The notes beneath the pieces were generated by a model. The model worked only from the letters and a program-made list of their open reading frames with translations, ran no database searches and was not told the DNA's origin. DNA of 32,000 nt from Ignicoccus pacificus DSM 13166 (GTDB lineage: Archaea; Thermoproteota; Thermoprotei_A; Sulfolobales; Ignicoccaceae), in assembly GCA_025340205.1 (NCBI GenBank), contig CP006868.1:1560001-1592000 (forward strand). The letters are read 5' to 3'. The position numbers were made by a program, and so were the translations under genes. Below are positions 1-7,777 of this stretch, piece by piece. Numbering within the stretch: position 1 is the first letter of the stretch; every line of letters begins with the position of its first letter.

Positions 1-966
1 CTTTATTAGCAAAGCCACGAAGAAGGGGACGCCGACGAAGGACGTAACTATGCCTATTGGAATTATTGCCCCCGGTATGATGTTCTTACTCGCCACGTCG
101 GCCGCTAATAGGAGGGAGGCTCCGGTAGCCATAGATGTTACTAGCGCGAACCTCTGATCTTCCCCTACTAAGATCCTAGCCACGTGGGGGGCCACCAATC
201 CCACGAAGGCTATTATCCCGAAGAAGCAGACGGTTACGGCCGTCACTAAGGTTAGTATTACGAACGAGATTATCCTTAGCATTCCCGGATCCGTGACCTC
301 TTCCGCTACCTCCTCTCCCGCCCGTAGCGCAGAGAGCTTCCAAGAGAGGAGTAACGCTACTATGGAGGACGGGATTAATGTTAATGTCAACACGCTTAGC
401 TTGAACCAAGTTGCCTTGTACAAGCTCCCAAACGTCCAGAAGACCACCGCTTGGAGAGCTTCCTCCGTGGCTACGAACTCCGCGAAAGCGAGTAAGGAAT
501 GGAATAAGTAATTCATTGCAATTCCAGCCAATACCATAGCTTCTGGACTCAGACCCTTTACCTTACTCAACATGAAAACTGCCGAAGCTGTCAACGTCGC
601 GAACAAGAACGCGTTGCTAGCTACCCCGAAGACGCTCCAGTTGAAGACATAAGCCAGGGCAGCGCCGAAGGCTGCTCCAGCGGAGATTCCTAAGGTGTAA
701 GGACTTGCCAAAGGGTTGTTCAATATGGTTTGTGCTAAAGATCCAGCTAAGGCTAAGGAGGCCCCTGCTAGGATGGCAGCTAGGGCTACGGGAAGCCTTA
801 TGTCGTAGAGGATTAGCTTTCCCGTTTCTCCCCTAAGGGCCCAACAAGGGGTACCTCCGGTGCACAAATCCAAGGCAACTAAGGGGATTAAGGAGAGGAG
901 GGCAATTATGGTGAAAAACCTTCTCCTTCGAATTATCTTATTGTAGATCTCTCTAGCCCTCGGCAA
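1..966 (-). CDS. ABC transporter permease, FecCD/BtuC family (iron-siderophore/cobalamin type); C-terminal end runs off the window start
   Basis: Absent from the ORF track because it has no stop inside the window. My reverse-strand translation is open from 966 to 1: (TTG)PRAREIYNKIIRRRRFFTIIALLSL...ILAGASLALAGSLAQTILNNPLASPYTLGISAGAAFGAALA...PIGIVTSFVGVPFFVALLIK. This is the typical polytopic FecCD pattern. The only in-frame start after the upstream TGA (988-990) is TTG at 964-966, which overlaps the stop of the binding-protein gene by 14 nt. Confidence 0.85.
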   Translation of the reverse strand, partial: MPRAREIYNKIIRRRRFFTIIALLSLIPLVALDLCTGGTPCWALRGETGKLILYDIRLPVALAAILAGASLALAGSLAQTILNNPLASPYTLGISAGAAFGAALAYVFNWSVFGVASNAFLFATLTASAVFMLSKVKGLSPEAMVLAGIAMNYLFHSLLAFAEFVATEEALQAVVFWTFGSLYKATWFKLSVLTLTLIPSSIVALLLSWKLSALRAGEEVAEEVTDPGMLRIISFVILTLVTAVTVCFFGIIAFVGLVAPHVARILVGEDQRFALVTSMATGASLLLAADVASKNIIPGAIIPIGIVTSFVGVPFFVALLIK

Positions 967-2710
967 GACTGACCACCCAAACGCCCCTCAAGGGGTAGGG
1001 CATGAAGATCTCGTAGAATTTCTTGAGATCATTGATTGGATTCATGTTCTTAAACATCTCTGGATGAAGCCACTTGGCAAAGTACTCCAACGCTACGAAC
1101 TGGAAGATGTGACCGTGAGCTAGACCCAAGTGCATCATGTAAACCCTCTTGTCCCTTACCGCCTTCAGCTGATTCCAGCCAGGCCTCTGTATCAGCTTCT
1201 TCAGCATCTCGATTGCTGGCTTAGTGCTGTTCACGGTGTAGCCTATGACTACCTTTTGACCGAAGGGGAAGTTATTATTACACACGAAGACTATGACGTC
1301 GGGGTTCTGCTCTAACACGTACTCTGGGTTGATGTAGCCACTCGCTCCCTTGATTACCTTAGCTGCTATATTGTCACCCTTAGCTAAGTCAACCCAAATG
1401 CTAACGTGACCCTTGGCTCCGTAGACCTTCCAAGTGGACCAAGTCGTAAACACTATCACCTTAGGCTTCTGAGTTACGTTGTTCAACTTGTCTAGGATCG
1501 TAAAGAACCTACTCTCATAGAACTTGTAGAGCTCCTTAGCCCTCTTGAGGTGCCCGGTTAGTATTCCTATATCATACAAGCTCGTCTTTACTGCATCTAG
1601 GTGCTCCTTGACGTTAGGAGTCTTGGGGACGAAGTCTATTACCACCACCGGTATCTTAGCGGCCTTCAAGGTCTGCAGAGCACCGGATTCTACCATGTGA
1701 CGGAACATCCATGGAGTGGTTACCACGACGTCTGGCCTGGCCTCCAACAACGCTTCAAGATTGAAGCTCCATCCTGGCTGACCCACATCGGGTATCTCTT
1801 CAAGCCATGGATAGTGCTCGGTCCAAGCGACCCACCAGTCGGGCCTCCACTTCTTGTACCTCCAAGCGTTCAAGGCAACTATCTTGGTCAAGGCGTCCTC
1901 TCCACCTACGGCGACCCAATCCTCTAAACCATAGAGAACAGCAGCTCTCTTGACGGGGACTAGAACCCTGACCTCCCTTCCTAGCACGTCCTTTATGGTA
2001 ACCCAATGCCTCTTCATCGGCACCTTCTCGAAGAATTGACCGTTGAAGTGGCCTAAGTACTTGCTCAAGTACGATTTAGCATTAGCATTTGGGTTCAGCT
2101 TTATCTCCCTTGCGGGCCATAGGGCCTTAGCGAAGGCTTGGTAAACGAAGGGCTCCAACACGCTGTTCGGGGCGTACTTCCAAAGATAGTACGTCTCGAC
2201 AGTTATTGGAACCCTTTCGGATGATATAATTACTTCTGCTTCGCTCTTGGACGTCGGTATACCCCCTAACTTCTTAGCAATGATTCTCCAATCGGTGAGG
2301 TTCGACCACACCTTGGGAAAGCCGCTCAGATCATATAGCTTCAAGTTCCAATACTTCAATGCATCATTTAGCACCTCCTCGGCCCTGCTCTGCGTACCAA
2401 ACGCGTTCGCTAACTTTTCGACGCTCTCCTTGTATTTGCTTATTGTAGTAAAGTTAAGGTATATAACGTTTGGGAGGTCTATCTTACCCTTTAAGTTCTC
2501 CGGTGCAAGGATTATATCTGCCTTTACCTTTCCAATGTCATTTATTGTAATCGCCTTTATTCCATAAGGTGCGCATGTATGAGTTCCCACGAGCTGAACT
2601 CGGGAACCTCCGAGCACAGCAGCGCTAAGGGCTAGGTTACAGCCTATGGCCGCTACCTTCAAGGCAAAGGCAGCAAAAGTTAGAATTAAGAGGGCTAGTC
2701 CCCACCTCAT
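953..2710 (-). CDS. ABC transporter substrate-binding protein (TroA/FecB/BtuF-like periplasmic binding domain) with a long N-terminal extension
   Basis: 585-aa ORF. It has an N-terminal hydrophobic signal/anchor with a Cys (MRWGLALLILTFAAFALKVAAIGC). The C-terminal half shows class III binding-protein patterns (RPDVVVTTPW, KIPVVVIDF, NPDVIVFV, GWNQLKAVRDKRVY). An ATGA start/stop overlap with the upstream gene and the position directly before the FecCD permease also fit. Confidence 0.8.
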   Translation of the reverse strand: MRWGLALLILTFAAFALKVAAIGCNLALSAAVLGGSRVQLVGTHTCAPYGIKAITINDIGKVKADIILAPENLKGKIDLPNVIYLNFTTISKYKESVEKLANAFGTQSRAEEVLNDALKYWNLKLYDLSGFPKVWSNLTDWRIIAKKLGGIPTSKSEAEVIISSERVPITVETYYLWKYAPNSVLEPFVYQAFAKALWPAREIKLNPNANAKSYLSKYLGHFNGQFFEKVPMKRHWVTIKDVLGREVRVLVPVKRAAVLYGLEDWVAVGGEDALTKIVALNAWRYKKWRPDWWVAWTEHYPWLEEIPDVGQPGWSFNLEALLEARPDVVVTTPWMFRHMVESGALQTLKAAKIPVVVIDFVPKTPNVKEHLDAVKTSLYDIGILTGHLKRAKELYKFYESRFFTILDKLNNVTQKPKVIVFTTWSTWKVYGAKGHVSIWVDLAKGDNIAAKVIKGASGYINPEYVLEQNPDVIVFVCNNNFPFGQKVVIGYTVNSTKPAIEMLKKLIQRPGWNQLKAVRDKRVYMMHLGLAHGHIFQFVALEYFAKWLHPEMFKNMNPINDLKKFYEIFMPYPLRGVWVVSLAEG

Positions 2711-3357
2711 GCTCCCACCAAGGTCAGCGTGCTCACTTCCCTTACTCCTTCGTTCTCAATAACGGCCTTAACAACAACTATCTTGTTCCTCACCGGTACC
2801 CTCACTTGGGATCTCTTGCCTAGTTCCTCCTTACCATCCAAATAAGAGATAGTGATATCGGCCTCCGCCGGCTCCCCGTCTTCGAAGACCTTGACCTCGA
2901 CCTCTTGGCATAGTTTGGCATTGGGGACTGAGGGTATGAGCTCCAGTCCCTTTCCTAGAGGCTTTGGATCCGAGAAGAACATTATTGCTCTCCCTATTAT
3001 CCTGTAGCTTTTCTCTACATCGAAACCCAAGGCTCTTGCTTCGTCTGAGTCCATGGGCAACCATTTCCCGTCCTTAGTCTTCGTGAAAATCCCTTTGTCA
3101 TATTCGAGGAGAGCATAGGAAGAGGGGAAGGGCTCTAGGAACAGCGCTCCTCTAGCAGAGGAATCCTTGCTTATTCCTATTATACCTCTCTTTCCGTCGA
3201 CCTCTACATTCTTTATTATACAGAAATCTATCTTACCGTCGGTCTTTGGGTAGTGCCCCCATTTTACGTAAAGTCTTCCTTGTTCCACTTCAAACCAAGC
3301 CTCGTGATTCACGAGTTCTATCACTTTGTGCACCAATTTACGAAGAACAGTGCACAA
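2707..3357 (-). CDS. DUF4198-like protein (periplasmic Ni/Co-uptake component family, COG5266-like); no signal peptide visible
   Basis: 216-aa ORF with a TTG start. NHEAWFEV...YVKWGHYP resembles the H-x-x-W start and GH-x-x-P motif of DUF4198. The C-terminal EVEVKVFEDGEPAEADITI resembles its transthyretin-like beta domain. It is first in an operon with the binding protein and permease. Family assignment is by eye only. Confidence 0.5.
   Translation of the reverse strand: MCTVLRKLVHKVIELVNHEAWFEVEQGRLYVKWGHYPKTDGKIDFCIIKNVEVDGKRGIIGISKDSSARGALFLEPFPSSYALLEYDKGIFTKTKDGKWLPMDSDEARALGFDVEKSYRIIGRAIMFFSDPKPLGKGLELIPSVPNAKLCQEVEVKVFEDGEPAEADITISYLDGKEELGKRSQVRVPVRNKIVVVKAVIENEGVREVSTLTLVGA
3301..3315. 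promoter_or_regulatory. Perfect 7-1-7 palindrome CTCGTGA-T-TCACGAG (candidate operator, copy 1)
   Basis: Read directly. It shares the core TCGTGA-N-TCACGA with the copy at 3579-3593. It lies at the 5' end of the DUF4198-like ORF. Confidence 0.35.
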
Positions 3358-3578
3358 GTAAAGTGTAGAGCGTTTATTGACCTTGCATGTGCTACGCCGA
3401 AAGATACTTGAATGTCAAATATTTGAACCATGAACTCCTTGTTCGTCCACATATATCCGTTTCCTATAAATATTATGATTTTATCGTAGTTAAAACACTA
3501 AACTACAATCACCAATGTTTTTAACTACCATTAATTCTATTCTCATCATAGTGATACTCTATATGTTACCGTAAAAGG

Positions 3579-3593
3579 ATCGTGAATCACGAT
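3579..3593. promoter_or_regulatory. Perfect 7-1-7 palindrome ATCGTGA-A-TCACGAT (candidate operator, copy 2)
   Basis: Read directly in the 390-bp AT-rich divergent intergenic region between the uptake operon and taw1. Confidence 0.35.
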
Positions 3594-3747
3594 TCGCATC
3601 AAACGACACAAGAGATGCCATCTGCTTTAGACGGTCTTGCTACTACAAATGTCCCCTCTTTGGAGGGAGGAAGGTGTGCTTTTCTTGGGACAAGGAACCC
3701 ACCAAAGCTCATAAACCTTTTAAAAGGGGAGGAATTAGGTATCTCGA

Positions 3748-4785
3748 ATGTCTATTAAGCTAGACGCTATCTCAACCATATTTGAGAGGCTGAGGAAGGC
3801 CGGTTACCACATAGTGGGTTCTCATTCAGCAGTAAAGAAGTGTCATTGGACTCACGTAGCGCTAACGCAGAGGAGGTTCTGTTACAAGTGCAAGTTCTAC
3901 GGAATAGCTTCCCATAGATGTCTCCAGATGACGCCAGCGGTAATCTGGTGTTGGCTTAGGTGTTTGCACTGCTGGAGAGCTGAGCCAGGAGATCTAGAAG
4001 TACAGTGGGATGATACCAAGCTTCCGGTGGTGGATGACCCCGAGTTCATAGTCGAAAAAAGCATTGAGGAACAGAGAAAGATAATCAGCGGCTACAAGGG
4101 TCATCCCAAAGTTGATCCGAAGATGTGGGAGGAGGCGATGAATCCAAAGCACGCTGCAATAAGCTTGTCCGGAGAACCCACTCTCTACCCAAGGCTCAGC
4201 GAGCTCATCGAGGAGTACCACAAGAGGGGTATGACGACCTTCCTAGTTACCCACGGAGTCAGACCCGATGTGCTAGCCCAATTAGACCCGGAGCCTACTC
4301 AACTGTACTTGAGCTTAGAAGCTTGGGATGAGAAGAGCTTCAAGGAGTTCAACAGGCCCATACTGCCGGGCTTGTGGAAGGCTGTCATCCAGAGCCTGGA
4401 GCTCTTACCAAGCTTCTCCTCCCCCACGGTAATAAGGATTACCTTGGTAAAGGGATTCAATGACCACGAGAAGGCCTTGGAAGGCTTGGCTAAGTTGGTA
4501 CAGAAGGGATATCCTACCTACGTCGAGGTGAAGGCCTACATGAACGTCGGCTACTCGAGGTACAGGTTAACAAAGGAGAACATGCCAAAGCACTATGAAG
4601 TAAGAGCCTTCGCCGAGAAGCTAGCTGAGAAGATAGGGTACGAGGTGGTAGACGAACAAGTATCCAGTAGAGTGGTTCTATTGAGTAGGATAGACAAGCC
4701 CATAAGGGTCGGAGAGGGTTGCCCAGGAGGCAACGCTGGAGGGGAGCTACCGGAGGGAAGCGAGGCGGAGATGGCTAACCAATAA
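3748..4785 (+). CDS. taw1: tRNA 4-demethylwyosine synthase (radical SAM, TYW1/Taw1)
   Basis: 345 aa. KAGYHIVGSHSAVKKCHWT...RFCYKCKFYGIASHRCLQMTPAVIWCWLRCLHCWR matches the archaeal Taw1 N-terminus, including the auxiliary-cluster cysteines and the CX3CX2C radical SAM motif (CWLRCLHC). SGEPTLYP is the SAM-binding motif. Confidence 0.9.
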   Translation: MSIKLDAISTIFERLRKAGYHIVGSHSAVKKCHWTHVALTQRRFCYKCKFYGIASHRCLQMTPAVIWCWLRCLHCWRAEPGDLEVQWDDTKLPVVDDPEFIVEKSIEEQRKIISGYKGHPKVDPKMWEEAMNPKHAAISLSGEPTLYPRLSELIEEYHKRGMTTFLVTHGVRPDVLAQLDPEPTQLYLSLEAWDEKSFKEFNRPILPGLWKAVIQSLELLPSFSSPTVIRITLVKGFNDHEKALEGLAKLVQKGYPTYVEVKAYMNVGYSRYRLTKENMPKHYEVRAFAEKLAEKIGYEVVDEQVSSRVVLLSRIDKPIRVGEGCPGGNAGGELPEGSEAEMANQ

Positions 4786-5515
4786 GCTCTCTGAGCTTAC
4801 TCTTCACCTCATGCTCAAGTTTAGGGCAGTACAGCCCCAGCTTCTCCCTTGAGTATTCACATTCTTCCTTACAATTCAAAGCGATTGGCATCACGAAGCT
4901 ATTATGTATGAGCACAGCTACCTTGTGACTCTCCGTCGATATTGTAAAGGGAATCACGGATGAAAGCGTTCTCAGTGAGAACACTATAGCCTTTGCCAAT
5001 TCTTCCGCACTCACATTTAATTCCCTAGCGACTGTCCTAAGAGCTTCATCAAAATCAAGACCATTTACCAAGTATAATTCCATGACATCCTTGAATTTTT
5101 CCAATATTTTCAGAGCTCCTATCTTGGGATCGTTAATACAATAGCTTTCATGGGGACATATGAGTTGGGAGAGCACCTTTAGGAACGCAATTATCTCACC
5201 TTTGTTAGCTTCCACGCCCCAGCTCCTCTTAATGCAATCGAGAACTCTATCAAGGGATCCCTTACCTTCGTGAGATAGTATGAGACAACCATAGGCGGTT
5301 ATGTATAGGTGTGACTCCTTCCTCTTGACGAGACCCATCCTCTCGAGCTTTTTACACCTTCTATATACTGTGGATATATTCCAACCCGTCCTCTTGGCTA
5401 TCTTGTAAGCGCTCAACCCGCCCCTCTCTATTTCCTCAAGCATCTTGATCTCATCCATGGAAAGCTCGGGGAGGGTATCTCCCCACAACTTGAGTAACTT
5501 TTCGACACGCATCAT
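4775..5515 (-). CDS. Winged-helix transcriptional regulator with an unknown Cys-containing C-terminal domain
   Basis: 246 aa. The N-terminal LSAYKIAKRTGWNISTVYRRCKKLERMGLVKRKE is a typical HTH plus wing. The gene is divergent from the cytochrome operon. Confidence 0.6.
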   Translation of the reverse strand: MMRVEKLLKLWGDTLPELSMDEIKMLEEIERGGLSAYKIAKRTGWNISTVYRRCKKLERMGLVKRKESHLYITAYGCLILSHEGKGSLDRVLDCIKRSWGVEANKGEIIAFLKVLSQLICPHESYCINDPKIGALKILEKFKDVMELYLVNGLDFDEALRTVARELNVSAEELAKAIVFSLRTLSSVIPFTISTESHKVAVLIHNSFVMPIALNCKEECEYSREKLGLYCPKLEHEVKSKLRELIG

Positions 5516-5555
5516 TTCTCATATCATAAGCTTTCTTCCCGAGTATTATGCTAAC

Positions 5556-5595
5556 TGTTCTCATAAACTATGAAAAGGTGTTCTCAAAAACTATG
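5556..5595. promoter_or_regulatory. Two 17-nt direct repeats, TGTTCTCATAAACTATG and TGTTCTCAAAAACTATG, 23 nt apart (candidate operator)
   Basis: Read directly at 5556-5572 and 5579-5595, with one mismatch. A third partial copy, TTCTCATA, is at 5516-5523, abutting the regulator start codon. All lie in the divergent intergenic region 5516-5661. Confidence 0.45.
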
Positions 5596-5661
5596 TAATA
5601 GATATACAATTGGTAACGCTAACTAAGCTTTTCTTCAAGTTGTTCTTCGTTTATCTGGGTC

Positions 5662-6717
5662 ATGGTTATGGTGACCCGTAGGGAGTTCGTTAAAAGACTA
5701 GCTGGAGCGGCCCTCTTCGGGGCCTTGTTAGGTCCAAAGGCCGCAGAGGGCGCAGTGCAAGAGGAAGTGGCGAAGAAGGTAGTCAAGGCCCCGCCCCTTC
5801 CTTGGCCCTATGTAGAGCTTGATCCCGAGGAGACCAGGAAGCTCGGTCACCTAGGTTATTACGCGTTCGAGTGTTCTGGTGGAGCCTTCTGGGCGATAGC
5901 CGTTCAGCTAAGGGAGAAGGTAGGCTACCCGTGGACTTTGATACCCATACCTTCCAAGGAGGAGGTTCTAGACGCAGTAAACAAGGGACATCACTTGACC
6001 GGATTCTTCCAGTATGGATTCGGAGGAGTAGTCGGATGGGGTACGATCTGTGGGGCTCCCCAAGGAGGAATAATGATAATGAGCATGGTAGTTAAGAACA
6101 AGAAGGATTGGGAGGAGTTAGGGAGACTCCTCCTCAGATTCTACGAGACTACCCCATTCCCCTCCAAGAAGATAAACGAGTACGCTGTCAAGGGAGAGCT
6201 GTACCCCAAGAAGCTCAAGTACTCCGGTTGGCTACCCCAGAGCGTCAGTCATTCAGTGCTCTGCCACGTCTCCGTCAGCAAGTGGTGTATGGCCTCGGGC
6301 TTCGCCAGCGGCTCCAAGGAGAGATCCGAGAGGTGTGGAAGACTAACCGGCGATGTAGCAGCTGAAGCTGTCACCTTACTCAACGCTTACTTTAAGGGAG
6401 GACTGGAGAAGGCTAAGAGCCTCGCCAAGCTGAAGTTCTCCGCGACGACGGCGGCGTGCAGGGAGTGCCACTACAAGGGCAAGGACTTCGAGATGGGCCA
6501 GTTCACCAGAGGATTCATGCAGTGTGAGACGTGCCACAAAGATCTCAGAGCTCATGCCCACGAGTTCCTGACTAAGGGAGCTAGCGGAGCGGAGCTCATG
6601 ACCGTAGGCTTAGGAGCTGGAGGTCTAGGAGCCTTCGCCGGCTTCCTAGCCGGCTTGGCTAGCAATGGTCCTTCTGAGGGCGAGGGGTCCGAGGAGGAAG
6701 AGAAGGAAGAGAGGTGA
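5662..6717 (+). CDS. Tat-exported split-Soret-like dihaem cytochrome c (C_GCAxxG_C_C-type domain plus 2x CXXCH) with a C-terminal TM anchor
   Basis: 351 aa. Twin-arginine signal TRREFVKRLAGAALFGALLG. C_GCAxxG_C_C-like cysteines: FECSGGAFWA, GTICGAPQGG, LCHVSVSKWC. Two haem c motifs: CRECH (6457-6471) and CETCH (6523-6537). Hydrophobic anchor LMTVGLGAGGLGAFAGFLAGLA followed by an acidic tail. Confidence 0.75.
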   Translation: MVMVTRREFVKRLAGAALFGALLGPKAAEGAVQEEVAKKVVKAPPLPWPYVELDPEETRKLGHLGYYAFECSGGAFWAIAVQLREKVGYPWTLIPIPSKEEVLDAVNKGHHLTGFFQYGFGGVVGWGTICGAPQGGIMIMSMVVKNKKDWEELGRLLLRFYETTPFPSKKINEYAVKGELYPKKLKYSGWLPQSVSHSVLCHVSVSKWCMASGFASGSKERSERCGRLTGDVAAEAVTLLNAYFKGGLEKAKSLAKLKFSATTAACRECHYKGKDFEMGQFTRGFMQCETCHKDLRAHAHEFLTKGASGAELMTVGLGAGGLGAFAGFLAGLASNGPSEGEGSEEEEKEER

Positions 6718-6724
6718 TAACATA

Positions 6725-7699
6725 ATGGGGTACAGGGAAGCTGCCCTAATCGGTAGCTTTGTGTTCACGTTCGCCCTACTCTACGTGGGTTGGTGGTTGG
6801 TATACGAATATGCGATAAAGGTACTGGCAACTGTAGGTCCCCTAGAGCTATCATACATAACGTCACACTTCAACTTAGCCGACTTGGTATGGTGGAGGAA
6901 CTTCATAGCACTAGCGTTCGACATATTGATAATAATCATTGCAGCTGTTGGTACTATATGGATAATAGGAAGACTCATCGAGGAAGCTAAGGAAGCGGGG
7001 AAGTGGTGGGCGTACTATAGAAGTAGAAAGGCCAAGAAGGACATATGGCTTCCCAGGTGGACTTGGTGGCAGAGAGTCCAACACATCTGGATCCTAGTGA
7101 CCTTCACTATATGTGCCATAACGGGGTTCGCTGCCAGACTGGCTCCGCTGGAGACTAGGCACTACCTGATGACTCTACACGTGATCTCCGGACTAGCGAT
7201 GGGAGTGCTGGTAGTGATCCACTTCGTGCAGTATCTAACAGCGTTCGTCAAGGCGTTAGCTAAGGGAGAGAACGTAAGGGAGAAGTTCCCGATGCTGGAG
7301 TTCTATAGCCTCAAGTACTTCAAGAACGCGATAAAGGCCATGCTACACCCATTCATACCCAGCATAAAGCCAGAGCCCTTCGGTAAGTATGACCCAGAAC
7401 AGCAGTTCGAGTACTGGGGCGTCTACTGGGGTATGGCAGTGCTTGGAATACCGGGACTGATAATACTACTATGGGGTCCCCAAGCGTTCGGCGGAATATT
7501 CTGGGTGACCCACACCAAAGAAGCTGTGCTAGCGGTAACGTTCATACTGATGGTGCACTTGATACACGCCCACTTCAGACCGAGCGTGTTCCCGCTGGAT
7601 CCGACGTTCTTATGGGGTAAGATGCCCCTGAAGAGGGCCCTCGAGGAACACCCCAGATGGGCCCAAGAAATGGTCAGGAAGCTAAAGATAAGGAAATAA
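6725..7699 (+). CDS. Membrane di-haem cytochrome b subunit (FdnI / Ni-Fe hydrogenase b-type cytochrome family)
   Basis: Polytopic protein with WQRVQHIWILVTFTICAITGFA, HVISGLAMGVLVVIHF and VHLIHAHF His-bearing helices. I prefer ATG 6725 (MGYREAAL...) to the track start at 6665, because GAGGTGA (6711-6717) sits 7 nt upstream and the upstream gene stops at 6717. Confidence 0.75.
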   Translation: MGYREAALIGSFVFTFALLYVGWWLVYEYAIKVLATVGPLELSYITSHFNLADLVWWRNFIALAFDILIIIIAAVGTIWIIGRLIEEAKEAGKWWAYYRSRKAKKDIWLPRWTWWQRVQHIWILVTFTICAITGFAARLAPLETRHYLMTLHVISGLAMGVLVVIHFVQYLTAFVKALAKGENVREKFPMLEFYSLKYFKNAIKAMLHPFIPSIKPEPFGKYDPEQQFEYWGVYWGMAVLGIPGLIILLWGPQAFGGIFWVTHTKEAVLAVTFILMVHLIHAHFRPSVFPLDPTFLWGKMPLKRALEEHPRWAQEMVRKLKIRK

Positions 7700-7714
7700 C
7701 CCTTTTTCTTTTTC
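7700..7714 (+). terminator. Oligo-T tract (CCCTTTTTCTTTTTC) immediately after the cytochrome b stop
   Basis: Archaeal terminators are T-runs, and this one begins 1 nt after the TAA. Confidence 0.45.
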
Positions 7715-7733
7715 AAGAAGTCAATCTTTTATG

Positions 7734-7743
7734 GATATATATT
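7734..7743 (+). promoter_or_regulatory. TATA-like element (GATATATATT) upstream of the 7778 ORF
   Basis: AT-rich box about 35 nt upstream of ATG 7778. Confidence 0.35.
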
Positions 7744-7777
7744 GGAAAGTAGGTCCCAATTATGGGTCTGAGTAGAT

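Noticed and set aside
176-511. ORFs 176-409 (-) and 293-511 (+).
   Set aside because: They fall inside the FecCD permease reading frame, which I translated continuously from 966 to 1. Their translations are Gly/Arg- or Ser-rich, and no family signal is visible.
1130-2567. Plus-strand ORFs 1130-1315, 1601-1927 and 2247-2567, and minus-strand alternative-frame ORF 1800-2006.
   Set aside because: They are embedded in the 585-aa binding-protein gene and are frame shadows with no motifs.
3543-3549. ATGATGA on the minus strand (C-box-like), suggesting a C/D box sRNA in the AT-rich 3358-3747 spacer.
   Set aside because: I found no CTGA D or D' box at the expected 12-nt guide spacing downstream, and no terminal stem.
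3616-3756. A 46-aa plus-strand ORF (MPSALDGLATTNVPSLEGGRCAFLG...) overlapping the taw1 start.
   Set aside because: It is short and shows no motif. It would place the taw1 TATA-like box (CCTTTTAAAAGG, about 3716-3727) inside a CDS, and the taw1 N-terminus already aligns with archaeal Taw1.
6665-6724. The upstream start (6665) for the cytochrome b gene given in the ORF track.
   Set aside because: It adds a highly basic, non-hydrophobic 20-aa peptide and overlaps the cytochrome c gene by 53 nt. ATG 6725 has a GAGGTGA SD-like motif at the right distance.
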